A stretch of DNA of 64,000 bases, from contig JAEUQT010000001.1 of assembly GCA_016789445.1 (NCBI GenBank), positions 259,603 through 323,602 on the forward strand, read 5' to 3'. This DNA is from a bacterium. GTDB lineage: Bacteria; Patescibacteriota; Minisyncoccia; Phycocordibacterales; UBA2100. Below, piece after piece: positions 19,267 through 29,194 of this stretch. Every line of letters starts with the position of its first letter. The first letter of the stretch is position 1. The notes beneath the pieces are model-generated. The model was not told where the DNA came from. It worked only from the letters and a program-made list of their open reading frames with translations, and did no database searches. Made by a program: the position numbers and the translations under genes.

Positions 19267-19533
19267 ATGCTGACAAAGCGAAAGAAGCAGAATGAAATCT
19301 CGAAAGCCGCTCGCCACGACACCGATACGGGGTCGCCGGAGGTGCAGGTTGCGATTTTGACGCGCCGCATCGAAGAGCTTTCTCAACATTTGGATAAGAA
19401 TCGTAAGGATAAGAGCTCGCGCCGCGGACTCCTTGGCCTCGTTGCCGACCGCCGCAAGCATTTGAAGTACCTCGAAGAGACCAACAAGCGCGCATACAGC
19501 GCCTTGACCAAGAAGCTCGGCCTCAAGAAGTAG
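19267..19533 (+). CDS. rpsO: 30S ribosomal protein S15
   Basis: C-terminal S15 signature (HLDKNRKDKSSRRGLLGLVADRRKHLKYL). The start codon is uncertain; candidates are ATG 19249 and ATG 19267. Confidence 0.85.
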   Translation: MLTKRKKQNEISKAARHDTDTGSPEVQVAILTRRIEELSQHLDKNRKDKSSRRGLLGLVADRRKHLKYLEETNKRAYSALTKKLGLKK

Positions 19534-19572
19534 GCTCTGGCAGGGTTCTGCCTCCTCGTCCGTCAGCTATAC

Positions 19573-19596
19573 TAGGGATAGTCGATCCCTCTTTTT
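19573..19596 (+). terminator. terminator after rpsO
   Basis: Hairpin agggatagtcgatccct followed by cttttt. Confidence 0.5.
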
Positions 19597-19617
19597 AAAC
19601 GTTGTTAGTATTTTTAT

Positions 19618-20208
19618 ATGTCTATTATCAAACATCAGGAGCAGCGTGTCGGCGTTTTCATCGACACCCAGAACGTCTATCACAGTGCAAAGAACATCTA
19701 TCACGCACGCGCCAACTTCGGGAACATCCTGAAGGAATCAGTGGCTGGTCGCCGCCTTATCCGTGCCCGTGCGTACTCCGTCACGACGGAAAGCGGGGAA
19801 GAGAAGGGCTTCTTCGAGGCCCTGGGGAAAATCGGCATCGAGATGCGCACCAAGGACCTTCAGGTCTTCTATGGCGGTGCAAAGAAAGCCGATTGGGACG
19901 TCGGTCTCGCCGTGGATGCCATTACGGCTTCCCCTAAGCTCGATACCGTCATTCTCGTCACCGGAGACGGTGACTTCATCCCGCTGGTTGAATACTTGCA
20001 GACCCATGGAGGCTGTCAGGTAGAAGTGGTCTCCTTCGGACGCTCAACTTCCGCAAAATTGAAGGAGGCGGCAGACGATTTCCTCGATCTCGATGAGGAT
20101 CCACGTCGCTATCTCCTCAATTACCGTCCTGCGCGTCGTCCACGCAATGGACGATCGCCGCAGCAAGAGGCCGCGCCTCAAGATCCGGTGGAAAATCCGG
20201 GCGAATAA
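19618..20208 (+). CDS. NYN-domain (LabA-like, PIN-like nuclease fold) protein
   Basis: 196 aa. N-terminal VGVFIDTQNVYHSA and the pattern ...VTGDGDFIPLVEYLQTHGGCQVEVVSF, characteristic of the NYN/LabA (DUF88) family. Confidence 0.65.
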   Translation: MSIIKHQEQRVGVFIDTQNVYHSAKNIYHARANFGNILKESVAGRRLIRARAYSVTTESGEEKGFFEALGKIGIEMRTKDLQVFYGGAKKADWDVGLAVDAITASPKLDTVILVTGDGDFIPLVEYLQTHGGCQVEVVSFGRSTSAKLKEAADDFLDLDEDPRRYLLNYRPARRPRNGRSPQQEAAPQDPVENPGE

Positions 20209-20210
20209 GC

Positions 20211-20242
20211 TTCAAAGCGCGGACAAAGTCCGCGCTTTGAAA
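20211..20242 (+). terminator. hairpin between the NYN gene and pnp (terminator or pnp leader structure)
   Basis: ttcaaagcgcggac-aaa-gtccgcgctttgaa. Confidence 0.45.
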
Positions 20243-20351
20243 TTAGGGAAGGGGGTATATACTCAAAACATTATCCAAGACCCCCGGATAGGTAGGCTTC
20301 AAACGCGGAGTTTGAAACCTAAAATCCGAGGGTCGGTAAGACCTTAACAAC

Positions 20352-22553
20352 ATGCAGAAAAAAGAATATTCCGTCGAGATCGATGGAAAGAAGATGACCG
20401 CCGAGTTCAATGACTGGGCGGATCAGGCAAATGGTTCGGTGCTCGTTCGCTACGGCAATAGCGCCATCTTGGCTACCGCCGTCATGGGTTCGAAAGAATC
20501 GAACCTCGATTATTTTCCGCTCTCCGTCGAATACGAGGAGAAATTCTACGCAGCAGGCGCGATTCTTGGATCGCGCTTCATGCGCCGTGAAGGTCGCCCG
20601 TCTGACGAAGCGGTCCTCTCAGGTCGCATCGTCGACCGCACCATCCGCCCACTCTTTCCGAAGGGCTTGAAGCGCGACGTGCAGGTCATCCTCAGCGTTC
20701 TTGCGATCGATGAATACGATCCGGACGTTCTTGGAGTCATCGCGGCATCGCTCGCGCTCGGCACTTCCAATATTCCATGGAATGGTCCCGCATCAGCGGT
20801 GCGTATCGGCATGGAAGAAGAGAAAGAGGAATTCGTGGTGAATCCTACATACCTCCAGCGTCAGGAAGAACTTCCGCCGAAGGCGAAGCTCGACCTCTTG
20901 GCATGCGGTAAAGACGGCCTCATCAACATGATCGAAGTCGGCGCGCGCGAAGTAGACGAAGTTGTCCTCGAGAAGGCAATGAAGAGGGCGAGCGAGGAAA
21001 TCGAGAAGATCCAGGCATGGCAGCATTCGATCATCAAGGAACGCGGCGTCGAGAAATTCAACTTTATCCCGCCGTTCGAAGACGACACGAAATTCGCTCC
21101 CGCATTCGATGAGGTCGTCACGAAGGCATTCGATGCGAAGAGCGGCATCCTCACGAAGAAGGACCTCGGTAAGGCGAAGTCTGACTGGATCGCGCATGCC
21201 GCACAGATGTTCCCTGATGCGACCCCGAGCGCAATCGACACCTACTACGAACATCGTGTCGATCAGTATGTGCACGACCTTGCAATCAAGCAGGGAAAGC
21301 GTGTCGACGGCCGTAAGTTTGATGAGATCCGCCCCCTCTACGCACAGGCAGGTGGCGTCTCTCCGATGATCCACGGTACCGGTATCTTCTACCGCGGAGA
21401 AACACACGTACTCGCAGCACTCACACTCGGCGGCCCCGGCGATGCACAGCTCATCGACACCATCGAGTATCAGGAAGCGAAGAAGCGCTTCATGCTCCAC
21501 TACAACTTCCCGCCATTCTCCGTCGGGGAAACCGGTCGTGTCGGTAGCGCGAATCGTCGCATGATCGGTCACGGCGCACTTGCTGAGAAGGCACTTCGCG
21601 CAGTGCTTCCGGACAAAGATGTATTCCCCTACACGATCCGCATCGTTTCCGAGTGTCTTGCATCGAACGGATCGACCTCACAGGCAACCGTCTGCGCAGG
21701 CACGCTCGCGCTTATGGATGCAGGAGTTCCCATCACGAAGCCGGTCGCGGGTATCGCGATGGGCATGATGTCGGATTCCAAAGCAGGTGTGTACAAAGTA
21801 TTGACCGACATCCAGGGTCCGGAAGATCATCATGGTGACATGGACTTCAAGGTCGCCGGCACCCGCGATGGCGTCACCGCAGTCCAGATGGATGTGAAGG
21901 TAGACGGTGTACCGCTGAAGACACTGGCTGAAGCATTCGTGCAGGCAAAGAAGGCGCGCCTTGAGATTCTTGATGTGATCACCAAGGAAATCGCAGCGCC
22001 ACGCGCTGACATCTCTGCGCGCGCTCCGAAAATCCTTACGCTCAAGGTGAAGACCGACCAGATCGGTCTCGTCATCGGCCCAGGCGGCAAGATGATCAAC
22101 GGCATCCGTGAGCGCACGCTTGCGGAAGATATCACCATCGAGGAGGACGGCACCATCTTCATCACCGGCAAGAACGGTGCAGCAGAAGCCGCATTCAAGG
22201 AGATCTCAGACCTTACGCGCGAATACATGCCCGGCGAGAAGTTCGACGGGGAAGTCACTCGTCTTATGGACTTCGGCGCATTCGTGAAGATCGGTCCTAA
22301 TACCGAAGGCTTGGTTCACGTCTCGGAAGTGGCCCCGTTCCGTATCGGCAACGTCTCCGAAGCGGTACAGGTCGGTGATGTTGTTCCGGTCCTCTTGAAG
22401 GAAATCGACGACAAGGGAAGGTATAATCTCTCAATCAAGGCAGCTGATCCGGAGTGGGCAGCCCGAAAGGGACTCGTGCCAAGCGAAGGAGGAGGTAGCC
22501 GAGAAGATCATGGGGGACGACGCCACCAAGGAGAACGCCGCCGACGCATCTAA
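20352..22553 (+). CDS. pnp: polyribonucleotide nucleotidyltransferase (PNPase)
   Basis: 733 aa with two RNase PH domains, a KH domain and an S1 domain. An Arg-rich C-terminal tail overlaps the next ORF by 44 nt. Confidence 0.9.
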   Translation: MQKKEYSVEIDGKKMTAEFNDWADQANGSVLVRYGNSAILATAVMGSKESNLDYFPLSVEYEEKFYAAGAILGSRFMRREGRPSDEAVLSGRIVDRTIRPLFPKGLKRDVQVILSVLAIDEYDPDVLGVIAASLALGTSNIPWNGPASAVRIGMEEEKEEFVVNPTYLQRQEELPPKAKLDLLACGKDGLINMIEVGAREVDEVVLEKAMKRASEEIEKIQAWQHSIIKERGVEKFNFIPPFEDDTKFAPAFDEVVTKAFDAKSGILTKKDLGKAKSDWIAHAAQMFPDATPSAIDTYYEHRVDQYVHDLAIKQGKRVDGRKFDEIRPLYAQAGGVSPMIHGTGIFYRGETHVLAALTLGGPGDAQLIDTIEYQEAKKRFMLHYNFPPFSVGETGRVGSANRRMIGHGALAEKALRAVLPDKDVFPYTIRIVSECLASNGSTSQATVCAGTLALMDAGVPITKPVAGIAMGMMSDSKAGVYKVLTDIQGPEDHHGDMDFKVAGTRDGVTAVQMDVKVDGVPLKTLAEAFVQAKKARLEILDVITKEIAAPRADISARAPKILTLKVKTDQIGLVIGPGGKMINGIRERTLAEDITIEEDGTIFITGKNGAAEAAFKEISDLTREYMPGEKFDGEVTRLMDFGAFVKIGPNTEGLVHVSEVAPFRIGNVSEAVQVGDVVPVLLKEIDDKGRYNLSIKAADPEWAARKGLVPSEGGGSREDHGGRRHQGERRRRI

Positions 22554-23877
22554 GAATCCGCAAACCGGGGCTCCTTCCGCACAACCCGCAGGTTCCGCAC
22601 CTGCGGGTTCTGCATTGCCGCCCGGCGTTCCGGAACCGATTATCACGGAGGATCCCATCCCTGTGCCCGCTCCGAAACCGGTGCCGCCTCCTGTTGCAGC
22701 GCCGGTTGCTCCTCCTGCTCCAATGCCTCCAGTTACCGTTACATCGCCCGTAACGCCTCCTCCAGCAGCTACGCCGGTTACATCGTCTGCACCGCCATCG
22801 GATGCATCAATGCAGAATGATATCTCGAAGATCTTAGGCGGCATCAAACTTCCTGAACGACACAATCAGATCAAGGAGGAACCTGCTCCACAACAGAAAT
22901 ACGACACGACGCTCGCGGATCCGACACGCGAGATGCCGCGCGCCGTTCCCGGATTCACGCCGCCCGAACAACCTGCAGGAGCACCTCAGCCGGCGAAAAC
23001 CGATGGCATCGGTTCGTTACATACACTCAAAGACGATCTCCAACACGTCGTGCAAGAGAACAAGATCTCGTACGTGCGAGCAGTAGCCTTGGAGGAAGAG
23101 AAGCGCCATCGCATTGAGGAGCGTTCCCCCGTACCGAAGGTGAATAAACGCTCGATGTTCACGCTTTTCATCGTGATACTTCTTATCGGTACCGGTCTTC
23201 TCGCGCTCGGGGCCGTGTTCATGGTGATGCAGCAGCGCACCGGAGAATCGAACGCCGCGCTTCGCTCAAGCATCCTCTTTGCAGAGCAGAGCGTGCCGTT
23301 CCCGATCGATAACGAAGCGCCGGGAGACATCAAGCGCACCCTCGCATCCGCCCGAACCTCAAGCGCACTGACCCTCGGCGCCATCCTCCAGATCATGCCG
23401 GTGAAAACAGTGACCGATCCTCAGACAGGGCAGATCTCCGGCACTCCGGTCTCATTCGGGGAGTTCCTCGCCGCAATTGGCACTCGCGCCCCTGCCGAGC
23501 TTGCTCGCGCTCTCGGTGATGAATTCTTCCTCGGCATCCATACCGTCGATGAGAATGCACCCATCATGATCGTCCCTGTGACTTCATACGAACGCGCATT
23601 CGCTGCCATGCTCGAATGGGAGCCACGTATGAACGCCGACCTTGAGCCGCTTTTCACCGTACTCTCGCCGCAAGCAGTTGGACCGGACGGCACGCTCGTG
23701 GAAAGGAAGTTCGAGGACACCGTTATGCGCAACTACGACGTGCGCGCGCTCAAGGACGACAGCGGCATGATCCAGCTCTATTACTCGTTCCCGACGCGAA
23801 ATGTTCTCATAATCGCGGAGAGCCCCTACTCGTTCAATGAGATCCTGAGTCGCTTACGGGCCGATCGTCGTCTCTAG
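22510..23877 (+). CDS. hypothetical proline-rich single-TM protein (455 aa)
   Basis: ggaggagg RBS 13 nt upstream of the ATG. N-terminal Pro/Ala-rich low-complexity region, TM segment FTLFIVILLIGTGLLALGAVFMV, and a C-terminal globular region. No family recognised. Confidence 0.55.
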   Translation: MGDDATKENAADASKNPQTGAPSAQPAGSAPAGSALPPGVPEPIITEDPIPVPAPKPVPPPVAAPVAPPAPMPPVTVTSPVTPPPAATPVTSSAPPSDASMQNDISKILGGIKLPERHNQIKEEPAPQQKYDTTLADPTREMPRAVPGFTPPEQPAGAPQPAKTDGIGSLHTLKDDLQHVVQENKISYVRAVALEEEKRHRIEERSPVPKVNKRSMFTLFIVILLIGTGLLALGAVFMVMQQRTGESNAALRSSILFAEQSVPFPIDNEAPGDIKRTLASARTSSALTLGAILQIMPVKTVTDPQTGQISGTPVSFGEFLAAIGTRAPAELARALGDEFFLGIHTVDENAPIMIVPVTSYERAFAAMLEWEPRMNADLEPLFTVLSPQAVGPDGTLVERKFEDTVMRNYDVRALKDDSGMIQLYYSFPTRNVLIIAESPYSFNEILSRLRADRRL

Positions 23878-23912
23878 GTTGCACACCAAAAGGTGGTTGG
23901 TATCATTGCGGT

Positions 23913-24263
23913 ATGGAACACCTCACACCAGACGAATTAGAAGAATTGAAAGCACTGCTGGGCGCCGAGAAAGACTCTCTGGAGGAGGAGCTTGCCGAGC
24001 ACGGCCGCAAGGTAGGAGACGATTGGCAGGGAACTTCCGGCGGCGTCTCGTCAGACGAAGCAGATGCAACCGATGCCGCTGATTCGATGGAAGAACTCGC
24101 CGTAAACATCCCGCTGGTGGAAGAATTGGAGAGTCGCTACAAGGAGGTCGTTGCAGCCATGAATCGCATCAAGGAAGGGAAGTATGGCCTCGACGAGAAC
24201 ACCGGCGAGCCGATCGACATCGAACGCTTGCAGGCAAACCCCGCTGCACGCACCAACATCTAA
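23913..24263 (+). CDS. DksA/TraR-family-like protein lacking the C4 zinc finger
   Basis: 116 aa. Coiled-coil N-terminus and a C-terminal KYGLDENTGEPIDIERLQANPAARTNI. The usual Cys pairs are replaced. Confidence 0.5.
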   Translation: MEHLTPDELEELKALLGAEKDSLEEELAEHGRKVGDDWQGTSGGVSSDEADATDAADSMEELAVNIPLVEELESRYKEVVAAMNRIKEGKYGLDENTGEPIDIERLQANPAARTNI

Positions 24264-24297
24264 CGCGCTCGCGTAAAACCGTCGTACAATTGCGGCG

Positions 24298-25824
24298 ATG
24301 AAGCAGAAGATCGCGTCCGGTTTCGCACGCGTATTCAGCGCCCAGCCCGCGTTGCCGAATGCAGCGCCGGTCTCCGTCGAATGCGATATCGTGAAAGGCC
24401 TGCACGCCTTCACCATCGTCGGTCTTCCTGATAAATCCGTCGAGGAAGCGAAGGATCGTCTTGCCTCGGCGATCAAGAACAGCGGTCTCGAATCCCCGAA
24501 ACGCAGCAACAAGAAGATCGTACTTTCCCTTGCCCCCGCCGGACTCAAGAAGGAGGGCGCGGTCTTCGACTTGCCGATGGCGCTCTCGTTCCTGCTGGCG
24601 TCCGAACAAGTGAAGTTCGATCCAGCAGGCAGATTGTTTGCAGGGGAACTGGCGCTTGATGGCGAGATCCGACCGATCCGCGGCACGCTTTCCATCGCCT
24701 CTATCGCACAGAAAGAAGGATTCACTGATGTGTACGTGCCGCGCACTAACGCCGATGAAGCAGCACTCATCTCAGGATTGAATATCCATCCACTCGATGA
24801 CCTCTCACAGACACTCGAGGTTCTGCGATCGAAGGGGACGCCGCATCGGCGACGCGTCATTGCAGCAACTCACGATGACAATGCGCTCGATGATGTGCGC
24901 GGACAGGAAAGCGCGAAACGCGCACTCGTCATCGCTATGGCCGGAGGACACAATATCGCCCTCTACGGCCCGCCCGGCACCGGAAAGACCATGCTCGCGC
25001 GCGCCGCTGTTTCAATTCTGCCCGACCTCTCAGAAGAAGAGATGATCGAGGTGACGACTATTCATTCTTTGTCGGGCACTCTTCAGGGCGATGTGGTCCG
25101 ACGCCCGCCCCTGCGTACACCACATCACACGTCATCCTATGCATCGCTCATCGGCGGCGGCTCTTCCAGTCCGCGACCTGGCGAAGTCACGCTCGCACAC
25201 CGCGGCGTCCTGTTTCTCGATGAATTTCCTGAATTCCACCGTGATGTGATCCAAGCGCTCCGCGAACCTCTCGAGGACAGCGTGGTGAGCGTCGCACGTT
25301 CCAAAGGATCGTCGGTTTTTCCCGCGAATTTCATGCTGATCGCCGCACTCAATCCCTGCCCGTGCGGATACTGGGGATCGAATAGGTGCGAATGCATGCC
25401 GCATGCGGTCGAAAAATACCGACGGAAGATCAGTGGCCCTATCGCTGATCGTATTGATATGTGGGTGACGGTCCCTGAAATACCGCTCGAAAATCTCACG
25501 CGCAAAAGCAAGGCGGGACATTCAGAATCGAAAGCGGCTCGTGAGGCAGTGCTCCATGCTCGTGAACGGCAACATGCGCGTTTCCTCGGGACAAAGTTAC
25601 GGATGAACGCCGACATGCGAGCTCGAGACATCGAAACTCATGCCGCACTCAGCGATAGCGCCGAGAAAGCCCTCGTACAAGCGGCAGAGCGCATGAAGTT
25701 ATCCGCACGAGGCTTTCATCGCACCATCAAGCTTGCCCGCACCATCGCCGACCTTGCCTCATCCGAAAGCATCGAGACCCCTCACATGCTCGAAGCGCTC
25801 CAATATCGTGCACGCGAGCTCTAA
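24298..25824 (+). CDS. comM: YifB/ComM-family Mg-chelatase-like AAA+ ATPase
   Basis: 508 aa. N-terminal Lon-like domain, Walker A GPPGTGKTM, Walker B VLFLDEFPEF, and a C-terminal ChlI-type domain. Confidence 0.85.
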   Translation: MKQKIASGFARVFSAQPALPNAAPVSVECDIVKGLHAFTIVGLPDKSVEEAKDRLASAIKNSGLESPKRSNKKIVLSLAPAGLKKEGAVFDLPMALSFLLASEQVKFDPAGRLFAGELALDGEIRPIRGTLSIASIAQKEGFTDVYVPRTNADEAALISGLNIHPLDDLSQTLEVLRSKGTPHRRRVIAATHDDNALDDVRGQESAKRALVIAMAGGHNIALYGPPGTGKTMLARAAVSILPDLSEEEMIEVTTIHSLSGTLQGDVVRRPPLRTPHHTSSYASLIGGGSSSPRPGEVTLAHRGVLFLDEFPEFHRDVIQALREPLEDSVVSVARSKGSSVFPANFMLIAALNPCPCGYWGSNRCECMPHAVEKYRRKISGPIADRIDMWVTVPEIPLENLTRKSKAGHSESKAAREAVLHARERQHARFLGTKLRMNADMRARDIETHAALSDSAEKALVQAAERMKLSARGFHRTIKLARTIADLASSESIETPHMLEALQYRAREL

Positions 25825-25826
25825 CT

Positions 25827-25849
25827 AAAAAGCCCCACGGGGGGCTTTT
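25827..25849 (+). terminator. terminator after comM
   Basis: aaaagcccc-acgg-ggggctttt. Confidence 0.6.
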
Positions 25850-25904
25850 AGATAAAGAAACGGATCATCAAAAGTATCTGGGTGAGGAGTTGGGTATTCA
25901 TAGA

Positions 25905-26972
25905 CTAGAACGGATTCCGTGGGCCACCGCGGATCTCGAAGTGCAGGTGGGCGCCGGTCGAACGACCCGTGTTGCCGACATATCCGATGACCTGACCTGC
26001 ATTCACGCGCTGCCCCTTACCAGCAGCGACCGATGACATGTGTGCGTAGAGCGACTGGGTTCCGTTGTCGTGACGGATGACAACATAGGAGCCGTACCCG
26101 CCGTTCCAGCCACCTTCGAGGGCGATGATGACGTCTCCACCGGCTGCTGCGACGATCGGGGTACCGACTGGGGCAGCGAGGTCGACGCCGTTCGTGCCGT
26201 GGATGCCCTGCGTGCGGCGGCCGCCCGGAAGCGGATTGGTGTAGTAGCCGGAATATGACGAACTCTGCGATGTCGCGGCGACCTTCGAGCCGCTCTTGGC
26301 CGGATCGGGCTCATACGTCTCCTGGCCGTTCGGGATGATGATGACATCGCCGGCAGCGAGGGGGCCGGTGAGGCCGTTGAACTGGGAGATCTCGCCCTTA
26401 TCTCCCTTGTACTTCTTCGCGATGCTCTCGAGCGTATCACCCTTCTTTACGGTGTATTTGAGGCCGGAGACCGGGAGGATCGTGAGCATCTGACCCGGCT
26501 TGATGGGGCCGGTGATGTTGTTCGCCCACTTGATGGTATTGACCGAGACCTCGAACATGTCGGCGATCTGGGAGAGGGTGTCTCCCTCGCGGACGATATA
26601 GATGCTGATCGCGTCCTTGGATGGAATGACGGTCTCTCCAGCAAAACCGCCAGCCGCACGGACTGCCATGCCGTCTTCAATGACGACTTCTGCACCGCCA
26701 CGAGCCGGATTCGGGCTCATGCTCGCCTCAAGGATGGGCATGGTCTGGACCGACTGCTTGCTATCGGAGAGGGCCTGGGCCTTCGGACGGAAGAAAGATT
26801 GCATCTCGCCAAGCGTCAGAGCATGAGTGGGGGCAGGGAGGGCCGTAAGGACCGCCACTGAAAGCATGGAAACCGCAAAAGCCTTGTGCCAAGAAGGAGT
26901 TAAGCGGATGGTCTCTGAAAACGCTGTGAAGCGGGTCAAAGAAGCCTTTGTCTTTCCTTGCTGAGATGCCAA
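25905..26972 (-). CDS. LysM-domain M23 family metallopeptidase (peptidoglycan hydrolase)
   Basis: Signal peptide and two LysM repeats (YIVREGDTLSQIA, YTVKKGDTLESIA). M23 motifs HGTNGVDLAAPVGTP and GNTGRSTGAHLHFE are present. Confidence 0.85.
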   Translation of the reverse strand: MASQQGKTKASLTRFTAFSETIRLTPSWHKAFAVSMLSVAVLTALPAPTHALTLGEMQSFFRPKAQALSDSKQSVQTMPILEASMSPNPARGGAEVVIEDGMAVRAAGGFAGETVIPSKDAISIYIVREGDTLSQIADMFEVSVNTIKWANNITGPIKPGQMLTILPVSGLKYTVKKGDTLESIAKKYKGDKGEISQFNGLTGPLAAGDVIIIPNGQETYEPDPAKSGSKVAATSQSSSYSGYYTNPLPGGRRTQGIHGTNGVDLAAPVGTPIVAAAGGDVIIALEGGWNGGYGSYVVIRHDNGTQSLYAHMSSVAAGKGQRVNAGQVIGYVGNTGRSTGAHLHFEIRGGPRNPF

Positions 26973-27288
26973 TTCAGCGCGGAAATCCTGATTTTTACGT
27001 ACGATAAGCCAAATTTAGATGACTTTCTCCCATTGCCGCCCTCGAAATCCGGGGTTAGCCAGGATTCGAGCTTACGGCTAGGTTTCAAGCCATTTTTTGA
27101 GCAACACTGCAGGAAGTTTCGGTAAAATATGGCTCTAAGTCTCGATATTTTGAGAAGGGAGAGCCGGGGAAGAACAGAGGTGTTGCTACGGGATTCACTG
27201 TATCCTCATGGGGGTGGAGGGTCAATAATATATAAATTACACGGGTGGATAGTATTTTTGTCAATATTTTGAGCTCACATGCTATAGT

Positions 27289-29193
27289 TTGCCGGTGGAA
27301 TATCTTGCAGGACTCAACGAACGGCAGAAAGAGGCAGTCCTGCACATCCAAGGCCCCCTTCTTATCGTCGCCGGCGCAGGTGCCGGAAAGACCAAGACCA
27401 TCACCAACCGGGCCGCCTACATGATCAAGAGCGGCATTCCCGCTCACAAGATCCTCGCCGTCACCTTTACCAACAAGGCGGCAGCCGAAATGCGTAATCG
27501 CATCTCCAGCCTGCTGCTGCCGGGCGAGAAGACCGGGGCGCCGTTTACGACCACCTTCCACTCTCTGGGCGTCCGCCTCCTCAGGGAATTCTCGGATGCT
27601 GCCGGCATCCCGCGAGCGTTCGTGATCTGGGATCGCGACGACAGCATACGCGCCCTCAAACGTGTCTTGGTAGCGGCCGGTCTCGAGAACCGCTTCCCAC
27701 CCCGTCAGGTCCTCAGTCGCATCTCAAAGGAGAAGGGGAACGGAATGAACGCAGAAACCTTCCTCAACCAGGCATCTTCCCATTACGCACAATCCATTGC
27801 AGAGGCGTGGCTTGGCTATGAGAAAGCCCTTAAAGAAGAAGGGGCTTTGGATTTCGATGACCTTCTTCTGCGCACACTCTCCCTGTTAAGGAACAGTCCG
27901 GAGACCCTGGCCAAAATCCAGCATCGCTGGCAGCATCTCACGATCGACGAGTACCAGGATACGAATGCGGCTCAGTATGAGATCGCTCGTCTTATCGCGG
28001 GAGATAGGCACAACATCTGTGCCGTGGGGGATATCGACCAGAATATCTACAGCTGGCGCGGCGCAGACATCTCGCACCTGCTCTCGTTCGAGAAAACCTT
28101 CCCGGGAACCAAAGTCGTCCTCCTTGAGGAGAATTACCGCTCGACGCAGACCATTCTCACCGCGGCGAATGCCGTCATCTCGAAAAATACACGCCGCTTC
28201 GACAAGCGACTCATCACGGGGAACCCGACCGGTGAAGCAATCACCCTCTTCGCAGGGGACACTGATCGCGATGAAGCATTCTTTGTCGCCCGATCGGTGC
28301 GCGAACTGCTTGGCTCAGGAGTGAAAGCATCGGAAATCGCGGTCCTCTTCAGGGAAAACTTCCAGTCACGATCCCTCGAAGAAGCCTTCATCTCCGTGGG
28401 ACTTCCGTACCGCGTCCTCGGCGTGCGATTCTTCGATCGCGCTGAAGTGAAGGACGCGCTCGCGTATCTGCGCGGCGCCCTCAATCCTGCCAGCTTCACC
28501 GACTTCTCTCGTGCTGCGGGCGTTCCTTCACGAGGCATCGGCAAGACGACTCTTGAGAAGATCGCGGCAGGAAAGGAGGACACCCTCGCCGCTGCCGCGC
28601 GAACCAAAATCGCGAACTTCCGATCAGTGCTCGAGAGTATCCGCAATGACATTCACACCCTGCGGGCATCAGAAGCAGTCCGATCCATGCTGACAAGGAG
28701 CGGACTCGAGGCCATGCTTGCCAATGGATCAGAAGAGGAGCGCGAGCGCCTCAATAACGTATTCGAACTCGTCGCACACTCGACACGCTATGACACGCTT
28801 CCTGCGCCCGAAGGTATCGAGCGCCTTTTGGAAGATGCCGCACTCATGGGGGAACAGGACGCACTTCAAGACCGACAGGAAGCTGTCTCCCTCATGACCG
28901 TCCACGCCTCGAAAGGGCTCGAATTCGATGCCGTCTTCGTCACCGGCATGGAACATGGCCTTTTCCCGTCAGAGAGAGAAAGTGATGGGGAGCGGGACAA
29001 CGAAGAGGAGCGCCGATTGTTTTATGTCGCCCTCACACGAGCGAGGAAATTCTTGTACCTCACGCTCGCCGGCAGCCGTCTCAGGTACGGCTCACGGGAG
29101 ATGACCATCCCTTCGACATTCCTAGAGGATATCGATTCCCGTCTCATCACCTACGCACACGACCATCTGGGAGGAGACCGTATCATCCGGTGA
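27289..29193 (+). CDS. pcrA: UvrD/PcrA/Rep-family ATP-dependent DNA helicase
   Basis: 634 aa. Motif I AGAGAGKT, motif II DEYQDTN, and motifs III-VI are recognisable. The apparent start is TTG at 27289. Confidence 0.85.
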   Translation: MPVEYLAGLNERQKEAVLHIQGPLLIVAGAGAGKTKTITNRAAYMIKSGIPAHKILAVTFTNKAAAEMRNRISSLLLPGEKTGAPFTTTFHSLGVRLLREFSDAAGIPRAFVIWDRDDSIRALKRVLVAAGLENRFPPRQVLSRISKEKGNGMNAETFLNQASSHYAQSIAEAWLGYEKALKEEGALDFDDLLLRTLSLLRNSPETLAKIQHRWQHLTIDEYQDTNAAQYEIARLIAGDRHNICAVGDIDQNIYSWRGADISHLLSFEKTFPGTKVVLLEENYRSTQTILTAANAVISKNTRRFDKRLITGNPTGEAITLFAGDTDRDEAFFVARSVRELLGSGVKASEIAVLFRENFQSRSLEEAFISVGLPYRVLGVRFFDRAEVKDALAYLRGALNPASFTDFSRAAGVPSRGIGKTTLEKIAAGKEDTLAAAARTKIANFRSVLESIRNDIHTLRASEAVRSMLTRSGLEAMLANGSEEERERLNNVFELVAHSTRYDTLPAPEGIERLLEDAALMGEQDALQDRQEAVSLMTVHASKGLEFDAVFVTGMEHGLFPSERESDGERDNEEERRLFYVALTRARKFLYLTLAGSRLRYGSREMTIPSTFLEDIDSRLITYAHDHLGGDRIIR

Positions 29194-29194
29194 T

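Noticed and set aside
22510-22553. Possible frameshift fusing pnp with the downstream Pro-rich protein
   Set aside because: The downstream ORF has its own strong RBS (ggaggagg) and ATG inside the pnp tail. A normal 44-nt overlap of two genes is more parsimonious.
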